32,000 bases of DNA from Erysipelotrichaceae bacterium (GTDB lineage Bacteria > Bacillota_I > Bacilli_A > Erysipelotrichales > Erysipelotrichaceae). Shown here one piece after another: positions 9,712 through 17,807 of the stretch; positions within the stretch are counted from its first letter, which is position 1; each line of letters opens with the position of its first letter. The stretch lies in NCBI GenBank assembly GCA_963663995.1, contig OY760660.1, forward strand, positions 1,110,001 through 1,142,000, written 5' to 3'. The notes below the pieces were generated by a model. It did not search any database. It had not been told where the DNA came from and saw nothing but the letters and a program-made list of their open reading frames with translations. The position numbers and the translations under genes are program-made.

Positions 9712-9994
9712 ATTTCCCCCTTTTTTTATATTTTACTACAACATACTAGAATTTATTAGCATAAATGATTTTACACTAGATTCTGGACTGGAAAAGAGGT
9801 TTGATAATTTAAATTAACACATCATTAGCAATGTATACATATCCTTTTTTGTATTTTCATAAAACAGAAGGATGTTCACGTGGCAGCAATACAAATTCAT
9901 TTATATCAATTTTTCTTATTTTTTAAAACACTATTTTTTGCATAAAGCAGGGTTTGACACATCAAGATTTTATTTCATTTTATCATTACAACAT

Positions 9995-10018
9995 AAGAGC
10001 TCGAATGAGCTATGGAGA
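9995..10018 (+). promoter_or_regulatory. Conserved leader hairpin plus SD (copy 1)
   Basis: AAGAGCTCGAATGAGCTATGGAGA has stem AGCTC/GAGCT and ends in a GGAGA SD. A near-identical 24-mer (1 mismatch, in the loop) lies at 25703..25726. Confidence 0.5.
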
Positions 10019-10021
10019 TAT

Positions 10022-10720
10022 ATGATTATGAATAAAAAAGAAGCATTTGCATTGTACAAAAAAATGAAGAAAATCATTGAGACAAAAACCCCTTTTTATT
10101 TATCTTATGAAAATTTAAATGGAGATTTAACAGGCGTTTGGAAATACAATTCTGTTGAAATTTCTGTAGGCTTTGAATGTTGGGGCAGAGGTAAATATGT
10201 TTTCTATTGCGTTTATAGAAATAGTTTTGGGTTAGGCGAAAATTTTAAATTTTCAGATGATGTATCTGTTAGTATTGCTAAAATGCAATTTATTAATATG
10301 CTTAAACATTTTGATGAAACGCTTTATCTGCAACAAATTGATAATAAATATTGTGAAAATATTCTAAAAGAATTAGAAATGATTGAGTTACAAATAAGAA
10401 ATAAAATCTTAGATAAAAGAAAAATCTTGAGTAATTTCATTTGTAACAATCCTAAAAGATTTTCAATTTATCAAGATTATTGTGATTCAATTGATAATTT
10501 ACAAAAGCAATATCATCAGGTTTACGAAAACTGTCTTGATATTCAAATCTATTTTACTAAGAAAAGGTTAAACAATAATCCTAGTGAAAAGGAGAAGAAA
10601 CTTATTATCTTACTTATTGAAGTAGATAAAATTATTAATATGATTAATGAATTAATAGTAAAACTATATGATGATAAACTAAAAATGTATAACGAGATTA
10701 AGTTGAAAAGTAATAAATAA
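10022..10720 (+). CDS. Hypothetical protein (about 232 aa), with an N-terminal domain paralogous to the 25735 gene
   Basis: The ORF track gives 9872..10720. The likely start is the ATG at 10022 or 10028, just after GGAGA. The C-terminal half is coiled-coil-like. Both Trp codons are TGG. Confidence 0.6.
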   Translation: MIMNKKEAFALYKKMKKIIETKTPFYLSYENLNGDLTGVWKYNSVEISVGFECWGRGKYVFYCVYRNSFGLGENFKFSDDVSVSIAKMQFINMLKHFDETLYLQQIDNKYCENILKELEMIELQIRNKILDKRKILSNFICNNPKRFSIYQDYCDSIDNLQKQYHQVYENCLDIQIYFTKKRLNNNPSEKEKKLIILLIEVDKIINMINELIVKLYDDKLKMYNEIKLKSNK

Positions 10721-10875
10721 GAGAGACATTCTTTATTTTTAAATTTGATAATACAGCTATTTTTTATATCAATTTTCCAGAGCCCTATAATAAAAGTAAT
10801 TGTCGAATTATCGTATTCAAATTTTGATTAGCTTCAATTTTATGCACTAATAAACAGTGCGAGGAGATATATATT

Positions 10876-12132
10876 ATGGATAAAACAGTAATTGAATTGT
10901 TTGCAGGAGTAGGTGGTTTTAGAGTTGGATTAAATAATATTGCTGAATTTGATGGAGACGGAAAAGCGATTGAGAAGAATGATTGAAAGTTTGTATGAGC
11001 AAATCAATGAGAACCATCCACAAAATCACAACATGCATTTGAATGTTATGTTAAACGATTTGATAATCTAGGTGAAAATAGTAACACTGATATATCAATT
11101 GTAGATAAGAAATCCATTCCAAATCATTCAATTCTAGTAGGTGGATTCCCCTGTCAAGACTACTCAGTTGCGAGAACTAAAAGTAATGAAAAAGGTATCC
11201 AAGGAAAAAAAGGTGTTTTATTTTGGCAAATTGCTGAAATACTTGAGAATAAACATACACCTTTCGTATTATTAGAGAATGTTGATAGGTTAATAAAATC
11301 ACCTGCTCGGCAACAAGGAAGAGATTTTGGAATAATGCTTAGAACTTTTGCAGACCTTGGATACAACTTGGAATGAAGAATTATAAATGCAGCAGATTAT
11401 GGATGCGCGCAAAGAAGACGTAGGATTTTCATTTTTGCTTGAAGAAAAGAACTAAAATATAATGCGTGTTTAGAAAATCACTCAAGTGAAGCATTTTTGT
11501 GAGAACACAGTTTGTTCACAAAATCTTTTCCAATTAATTCTGAGAAATCATCTAGTCTTGATGTTAAGTCGGTTGATCTTAAGGATTATACTGATACTGT
11601 TTCTATTACTGACATGTTTAATTTTAAATTCGAAAACAGTGGATTCATGAAAGATGGAGTTGTTTTCACTGCAAAAACAAAGCCTGTGTTGGAAAAACCA
11701 ATTAGTTTATTTCAAATTAGAGATGAAAATTCTGATTTATCGAAATATCATCTATGTGAGAAACAAATTGAAAAAATGCAATACTTTAAAAACAGTAAGC
11801 GCATCAATAGAGTAAAACCTAATGGAGAGTCTTATGTATATTCAGAAGGAGGAATGAAATTCCCAGATAGTTTAGATTTACCAGGAAGAACAATTTTAAC
11901 AAGTGAAGCAAGCATTAACAGAAGTACACACGTTATTGAAGATAAATCAACTGGAAAACTACGTTTTATTACTCCAATTGAAGCAGAGCGCCTGCAATGT
12001 TTTCCTGATGATTGGACAAACACTGGTATGCCAGAATCTAGGAGATACTTCATGATGGGAAATGCTCTAGTTACAAAAATTGTAAATCGACTTGAACCTG
12101 AGTTAAAAAAAATAATTGAAAATGAACAATAG
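10876..12132 (+). CDS. DNA (cytosine-5) methyltransferase, intact only with TGA=Trp (six in-frame TGA)
   Basis: SD GAGGAG precedes the ATG at 10876. Motifs present: I FAGVGGF, IV GFPCQDYS, VI ENV, VIII QRRRRIF and the C-terminal GNA. In-frame TGAs at 10984, 10996, 11008, 11374, 11440 and 11500 give VWANQWE, LEWRIINAADYG and IFIFAW. There is no frameshift and no TAA or TAG over 418 codons. Confidence 0.85.
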
Positions 12133-12160
12133 TTTCACTTTCCAAATATATAAAGATTAA

Positions 12161-12187
12161 AAAAACAGTCTCATACAGACTGTTTTT
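12161..12187. terminator. Bidirectional rho-independent terminator
   Basis: AAAAACAGTCT-CATAC-AGACTGTTTTT is a perfect 11-bp stem flanked by A and T runs. It lies between the convergent methyltransferase and membrane-protein genes. Confidence 0.75.
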
Positions 12188-12527
12188 GATATTTGGTTTT
12201 GTACCAATTGGTACCTATAAAAATTAAAAAGATACTGAATATAATTCCTACAAAGACTTGCCAATTAGAATAAATCAGCTTCCCTATCCATATGACGCCA
12301 TATGTCAATAGCCAAATAATGAAAAAGAGAGATGTGCGAGTAACCCAATGTAAGACGCTCCCTATCGCTCTTCCATGAATTAATCCATCTCTATAAAAAT
12401 CTCCAACAAAACCAAATGCAACATTATATGTAATTGTTCCTAAAACCAATAATATAGCCCATTCCCAGATTGAATCTAAAATCGGTAATCCTATTGAGGA
12501 TGTAATTATGTTATAAATAAATGACAC
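12171..12527 (-). CDS. Small polytopic membrane protein (118 aa)
   Basis: Three to four hydrophobic helices. All 7 Trp codons are TGG. The gene ends at a TGA that lies inside the terminator hairpin. Confidence 0.6.
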   Translation of the reverse strand: MSFIYNIITSSIGLPILDSIWEWAILLVLGTITYNVAFGFVGDFYRDGLIHGRAIGSVLHWVTRTSLFFIIWLLTYGVIWIGKLIYSNWQVFVGIIFSIFLIFIGTNWYKTKYQKQSV

Positions 12528-12549
12528 TTTATTTTCTCCACTTCATCAT

Positions 12550-13143
12550 TTAGTTAGAATTTTCTAAAGATTTTAAATAATTGTAGTAAGTACGTCTTTT
12601 AATCACTGCAATATCACATGCTTCTGTTATTGTACGTCCTGTTTGTACTAAGTCGAATGCAATTTTTAATTTTTTTATGTCAGCTCTTGGTCGACCAAAT
12701 TTTATGTTTCTTTTTTTTGCTGATTCTATTCCCTCTGCTTGCCTTTGTTTATTGAAGGCACGCTCTTGTTCAGCCACATATCCTAATATGGATAGCACAA
12801 TATCCACAATAAATTTTGTCTGTAATCCAGTTCCTAGTTCTTGGTCTGTATTTAAGATTGGCATATCTAGAACATGAATATAAACACCCTTATCTGTAAT
12901 GGCTTTAAATTCTTTTTTAATTGCTTCATAGGATCTACCTAGACGGTCAATTGATTTAATCACACAAATATCCCCAGTTCTAAGGGTTCTCTTCATGTTC
13001 TTATATTCAATTCTTTCAAAGTTTTTCCCACTCGCTTTGTCAATAAAGATGTTTTCCAGAAGGACTCCATTTTCTAGAAATGCATCGACTTGCCTAGCTG
13101 CATTCTGGTCTTGGGTACTCACACGTGCATATGCAAATATCAT
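12550..13143 (-). CDS. Serine recombinase (resolvase/invertase family)
   Basis: MIFAYARVSTQDQNAARQ contains the catalytic Ser motif, and there is a C-terminal HTH (RTITEACDIAVIKRRTYYNY). SD GGAGAG precedes the ATG at 13143. The ORF-track start at 13194 is probably too long. Confidence 0.85.
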   Translation of the reverse strand: MIFAYARVSTQDQNAARQVDAFLENGVLLENIFIDKASGKNFERIEYKNMKRTLRTGDICVIKSIDRLGRSYEAIKKEFKAITDKGVYIHVLDMPILNTDQELGTGLQTKFIVDIVLSILGYVAEQERAFNKQRQAEGIESAKKRNIKFGRPRADIKKLKIAFDLVQTGRTITEACDIAVIKRRTYYNYLKSLENSN

Positions 13144-13161
13144 AAATACTCTCCAATTTTT

Positions 13162-13272
13162 GTGCAAAAATGTATTGTCATACTTTATGCACATATTTTA
13201 CCATTTTTATTATCAAAAAGCCCATTATAATAAGGGCTAGCTGTCTGTGCAAAATTGTATACATTTTTGCAC
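13162..13272. promoter_or_regulatory. res-like recombination sites upstream of the resolvase gene
   Basis: A 26-bp near-perfect palindrome GTGCAAAATTGTATACATTTTTGCAC lies at 13247..13272. A related imperfect dyad, GTGCAAAAATGTA-N6-TACTTTATGCAC, lies at 13162..13192. Confidence 0.45.
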
Positions 13273-13392
13273 TACATAAGAAATGATGAAAATATTTATT
13301 TTGTCAAAAGTAATATCAAATTATATAAAAATTACTTGATTTTATTATTTAAGTATCTAACTTCTTGAGGACTTGTTTTAATCAATGTTGGC

Positions 13393-14085
13393 TTATAAGG
13401 CACCCCCCATTTTTTTAATATCTTTCTTTAAAACTCCTATTTGTTCAGAAGTATTTTTAATGATGATAATTGGGTCATTAGAGTTACCATAACTAAAAAT
13501 AATATAATCAAGCTTTGTTGATTGTTCTAATTCTTTAATAAACTCAATATTATCGAAAATATTTATTTGTATTGGAATTCCTTCAATATCAATATAATTA
13601 CCTAAAGGTGTATTATCTGTAATTAAAAAGACAATTTCAATTTTCTTTACTGATTTAGTTTTTTCTTTAATGAATTCTTTATATTTATCTATAGAGTTGT
13701 AATGACTTCGAAATTTTAATAGCAAATTTTCTATATAATATTCGTAACTGCTTTCTAACGAAATACTACTATGCATTACCACATTAACTTGATCAAGATT
13801 TTTATTTTTTATCAAATCAATGAATTTTTTATCTTTAAAGTTCTCTGCTTGTTTATTAAAACTTCCACCATTAGAAAACTGAATTGACGAATCAAATTCG
13901 AATTCTTCTATTATAATTATTTTATCTTTTAATTCTAGATACAAATCGGGACGATTCTCACTATTATTTACAATCTTGTTATAACTAGTTTTAATTTCCA
14001 TAAGAAATTCTAAATCAGAAATATTGTAGTACCTATAATTATTGCATAGCGCATTATACAAGACATGTTTTTCATTTTTCTTCAT
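13393..14085 (-). CDS. Hypothetical protein (230 aa) downstream of the restriction gene
   Basis: ORF with probable start MKKNEKHV at 14085. No family recognised. The segment RPDLYLELKDKIIIIEEFEFD is only loosely nuclease-like. Confidence 0.55.
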   Translation of the reverse strand: MKKNEKHVLYNALCNNYRYYNISDLEFLMEIKTSYNKIVNNSENRPDLYLELKDKIIIIEEFEFDSSIQFSNGGSFNKQAENFKDKKFIDLIKNKNLDQVNVVMHSSISLESSYEYYIENLLLKFRSHYNSIDKYKEFIKEKTKSVKKIEIVFLITDNTPLGNYIDIEGIPIQINIFDNIEFIKELEQSTKLDYIIFSYGNSNDPIIIIKNTSEQIGVLKKDIKKMGGAL

Positions 14086-14231
14086 GAAATTATAATAACA
14101 AATAAATAAAACAAAAAAATACACCTTGTTGAATATTTCTTATTACATTGCATAATTTTGAATTAACTAAAGCGCTTATTATTTTCAAGTTTAACTATAT
14201 ACATATAACAACTAATAAAATTGATTACACA

Positions 14232-15770
14232 TTAAAAGAGACGCTCTTTATAAATATCCATAGTTGAAGAAAAATGTTTTTGCATGTCTTCAAGATTTTC
14301 TAATCTTTTAGTTACATGTACAAACTCTAGAATGTTATATGTTTTGAGATTAATTTTCTTGTATTCAACAAATTGCTGAATTAGACGAATATCATAAAAT
14401 GTTTTTGTATCCTCATGTACTATTGGTGCAACAAATGAAATATAACCTTCTCTCTCATCATTCTTCATATGTCTAATAACAGATGAAGTCTCAGAGTTAT
14501 ATTGCTGTTGTTTATTTTTAATCAAAGTTACTTCAATTAGCCAATTAATTTGATCTGAGAAAACATAAATATCTCCAATCCCTCCTGGAGCGTGAGAGAT
14601 TGGTATACCGAATGAATCAGTTTTATATTTAGGTTCAATTTTATATTTATCTCCATATGCAATGAACAATAGAAGTGAAATATAGAATTCAAGTTTCAAA
14701 GGATCATTAATATATTTAAATTTTTTATCTCGATTTTCATTTAAATCTTTTAACATTAAACTAATATCATCTAATCCAATTTCATATGTATCAACAATAC
14801 TTTGAAGTTTTGCGGCAGAGTTCTCTGGTGTATCAATAATCCAATTTGATGAAATTTCTAAAACTTTTATTGCATTTTTATTATAGTTTTTAAAGAACTC
14901 TAATTTATCAGTTTTCTCTTTATCCGTTTTTTTATAATCGTTTTTGAAAAGTGTTGTTATTAATTCAAAATTGTCAGAATTAATATATATTCTAAGACCT
15001 CTTGAAAGATATTTAATAGAAATTATACCAGTAATAGTTAACAACCTGAGTACAACGTCAGGGTAATCTCTTGTAATAGTACCTTTAGTGTTTAATGCTT
15101 GTAGCTTGTTTTTTGCATATAAATACACAGAATCACTATTTGGAAAATGGTTTTCTCTTATTAATTCAAGAAATTCTTCAACATTTCCATTTTTACTAAA
15201 CATTGCAATAGTTAATTGCTCATATGAAATTCCTTTATCTTTTATTTCGTTACTAATTAAAACTTCAACGATAAATTTAAAAAAATTGAAATCATTACTA
15301 ACGTTTCGAAATGGTGATTTTCTATTATATAGAACGGATGATGTTAAAAATACAATTTGATTATCAAGCTTACCCTTTATGAATAGTTTGCATAAATCAC
15401 TCAATTCTAGTTTTTCATTATATTCAACTCTAACTAAGCCAAATTCAGAAGGAGTTCTCATGTATGTCCAAAATCTCGACGCATAACCCGAAGGGAATCC
15501 ACCATCAGCTCTTCTAGTTCTATTCACATTTTTAACAAGCGCCTGTTGTGATTCTACTGGTAACATTGCAAAATCATTCGTTGATATTTCATTTGTCTTA
15601 AAAATACCTTCGCGATATAATTTTGTAACTATTATCAATAAATTCTCATCATTTAATTTAAAATAATTAAATTCAGAGATAGCATTTAAAATCGAAAGGT
15701 ATCTCTCGGGATTTCTAACTGCTGTCTCAAATGCCAACTGTTTAAACTTCGACGCTCTATGTACAACCAT
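14232..15770 (-). CDS. Type IIS restriction/nicking endonuclease of the AlwI/MlyI/PleI/BstNBI family
   Basis: 512 aa. The C-terminal block PISHAPGGIGDIYVFSDQINWLIEVTLIKNKQQQYNSETSSVIRHM...ISFVAPIV parallels the catalytic region of N.BstNBI (PVTHAAGNQPDMEIIYEDFIVLGEVTTSKGATQFKMESEPVTRHY...LFIAPEI). The gene lies directly downstream of two methylase genes. Confidence 0.65.
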   Translation of the reverse strand: MVVHRASKFKQLAFETAVRNPERYLSILNAISEFNYFKLNDENLLIIVTKLYREGIFKTNEISTNDFAMLPVESQQALVKNVNRTRRADGGFPSGYASRFWTYMRTPSEFGLVRVEYNEKLELSDLCKLFIKGKLDNQIVFLTSSVLYNRKSPFRNVSNDFNFFKFIVEVLISNEIKDKGISYEQLTIAMFSKNGNVEEFLELIRENHFPNSDSVYLYAKNKLQALNTKGTITRDYPDVVLRLLTITGIISIKYLSRGLRIYINSDNFELITTLFKNDYKKTDKEKTDKLEFFKNYNKNAIKVLEISSNWIIDTPENSAAKLQSIVDTYEIGLDDISLMLKDLNENRDKKFKYINDPLKLEFYISLLLFIAYGDKYKIEPKYKTDSFGIPISHAPGGIGDIYVFSDQINWLIEVTLIKNKQQQYNSETSSVIRHMKNDEREGYISFVAPIVHEDTKTFYDIRLIQQFVEYKKINLKTYNILEFVHVTKRLENLEDMQKHFSSTMDIYKERLF

Positions 15771-15778
15771 ACTTCCCC

Positions 15779-16669
15779 CTAATAATTAGTTATTAAAACT
15801 TCTAATGTTTCTTTTATTCTATTATCATGATAACTAATATAATTACTTTTAATTTTAGTAACTTTGTATTTCTTTGACCATTCTATCAATAAATCGTTAG
15901 AACAATTCTTATGATAAAAAACATTTGATAATGCGAACCTAACTCCATTTTCGTTTAATTTATCGATGATAGCTAGTAATCTTTTCTCTTCATCTAAAGT
16001 CCAATTTTTATTATATTCACTTGAACTAATCAGATATGGCGGATCGAAATAAACAAAATCGTTTTCTTTAAAAACTGCATTATCTAAAAATACTTCAAAA
16101 TCAAAATCACTGAATGAAATATCATTATTTTTAACAAAGTCAAAATAATTATTTAATGAATTAACAACATTTTTATTATAATCAACATTTCCCACAGGAA
16201 GATTAAACATGCCATTTTTATTAAATCTAATCATATGATTGAAACCGTAAATTAAAAGTAGATATAATCTAAATAAGTTACTACTGTTTTCATTAAAATC
16301 ATTTCTTAATTGATAATATGCTGATTTATTATAATGGGCATAATAAGTCTTAACATATTTTTTTTTCATTTCATCATCTACAACTTTACCTAAGTAGGAT
16401 GCAGAAAGTTTATAATAACTTATCATATTTTCAATTTCTTTAAAAAAAATCGTTTTTCTATCCTTATAAGAATATAGAAATTTGTGTAAATCAATCATTG
16501 ATTTATTCTTATCATTGCATTTAAATTTCTTTGCTTCTACATTTAAAAACACACTACCACCACCTACAAACGGTTCAAAAAAAGTTTCAATTTGACTTGG
16601 AAAATTTTTTTTAAGTTGGCGAATTAATTTATATTTATCTCCAACATAAAAAAATGGTGACCTATTCAT
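15779..16669 (-). CDS. N6-adenine DNA methyltransferase, Dam/D12 class (M2)
   Basis: Motifs YVGDKYKL, FEPFVGGGSVFLN (AdoMet binding) and FDPPYL (catalytic). The start overlaps the stop of the upstream methylase gene (ATGAATAG). Confidence 0.85.
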   Translation of the reverse strand: MNRSPFFYVGDKYKLIRQLKKNFPSQIETFFEPFVGGGSVFLNVEAKKFKCNDKNKSMIDLHKFLYSYKDRKTIFFKEIENMISYYKLSASYLGKVVDDEMKKKYVKTYYAHYNKSAYYQLRNDFNENSSNLFRLYLLLIYGFNHMIRFNKNGMFNLPVGNVDYNKNVVNSLNNYFDFVKNNDISFSDFDFEVFLDNAVFKENDFVYFDPPYLISSSEYNKNWTLDEEKRLLAIIDKLNENGVRFALSNVFYHKNCSNDLLIEWSKKYKVTKIKSNYISYHDNRIKETLEVLITNY

Positions 16670-17690
16670 TAAAGATTCCTACCTTTGTAACAAATAAAAA
16701 CTCTTTGTGTTCATTCAAATCAGTTTTACCTGCAGAAAAAGCCTTGTGTTCTTTACTAAATACTTTCGTGTTCCCAATACTTGACAAAATTTCTTCAATT
16801 TCTTCTAAAGTCATTTTATTTTTTGATGATTTACTCTTAGATTTGTACGTATTATTATACGAAACAACAATATATTTTGAATTAATTTCATTAACTAGTT
16901 GTTCAAAAAAATATGCCGCTTTTGCTTTAGAATATTCGCTAATATTTTCCGGTTCAGGTTTTAAAGCCTCTCCAAACAACTCTGGTTTATCCCATTTGGT
17001 GATTGTCTCTAATACATGATAAAACCTACTATATTGTCTTGATGAATAAGGAGGGTCTATATATGTAATATCAGAAGAAATTTTTGAAGCTAATTGATTA
17101 GAATCTTCTCGATAGATTACAAATTTCTTTCCTTTATAAACATTATTGTCATAATTAACTAGGTTAAAAATAAACGAATTCTTAATACTATTATTTTTGA
17201 TATAAGCATCATAATGACCTACTGTATTCGAAATTCTGTCTAATGAATATAGTAACGATGCTATCAATATACTATATTCTCTTTTATTTAAATATCCTTT
17301 GTTTTCTTCGATGTCATCTCTAATATAGTCAATTTTCATTGCATCAACTTTTGAAAAATATTTATCTCCATAACTATTTGCAACAAAACCGCTATATAAA
17401 GATTCAGCAGCAATGTTTGTATATTTTTCTTTAAAAAATTTAATTTTTTTATCATCTACTACTTCTGTTCCATAAAAAGACTTATAAATAACCTCATTTG
17501 AATATAAAAAATCATTCAAAATAAACGTATCATATAAATCTAATACACCAAAAGTAACACTACCAGTACCTGCAAAAATATCACAAAAAGAATTGCAATC
17601 TTTGCATTCTTTATTTAATACATCTCTAATCCATAAAATTAGTTTATTTTTACTTCCAGTATAACGCCTATTTGTAATTTCGAATGTCAC
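16662..17690 (-). CDS. N6-adenine DNA methyltransferase, Dam/D12 class (M1)
   Basis: Motifs RRYTGSKNKL, DIFAGTGSV and IDPPYSSRQYSRFYH. GTG start at 17690. Confidence 0.8.
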   Translation of the reverse strand: MTFEITNRRYTGSKNKLILWIRDVLNKECKDCNSFCDIFAGTGSVTFGVLDLYDTFILNDFLYSNEVIYKSFYGTEVVDDKKIKFFKEKYTNIAAESLYSGFVANSYGDKYFSKVDAMKIDYIRDDIEENKGYLNKREYSILIASLLYSLDRISNTVGHYDAYIKNNSIKNSFIFNLVNYDNNVYKGKKFVIYREDSNQLASKISSDITYIDPPYSSRQYSRFYHVLETITKWDKPELFGEALKPEPENISEYSKAKAAYFFEQLVNEINSKYIVVSYNNTYKSKSKSSKNKMTLEEIEEILSSIGNTKVFSKEHKAFSAGKTDLNEHKEFLFVTKVGIFNE

Positions 17691-17807
17691 GTGAGTTATT
17701 CATCTACTTTCTACTAAATATTAAATATTAATCAACATAATATAATTACTATACCATTTCTGCATTTATTTAAAGTTAATAATCTATATTTGTGACTAGT
17801 TTCCCAT

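Noticed and set aside
9871-9891. Internal third att copy
   Set aside because: It matches the tRNA-derived 21-mer at only 13 of 21 positions. That could arise by chance in a 1.3-kb search space. It is mentioned under the island finding but not annotated as a feature.
10984-11502. TGA reassigned to Gly (table 25) instead of Trp
   Set aside because: The contexts VWANQWE and LEWRIINAADYG are Trp positions in C5 methyltransferases, so Gly would not fit.
10876-12132. Explaining the interrupted methyltransferase (and the other split genes) as ordinary decayed pseudogenes
   Set aside because: Decay would give frameshifts and a mix of TAA, TAG and TGA. Here all 32 interruptions are TGA, the frames never shift, and in the methyltransferase the TGAs fall at conserved Trp positions.
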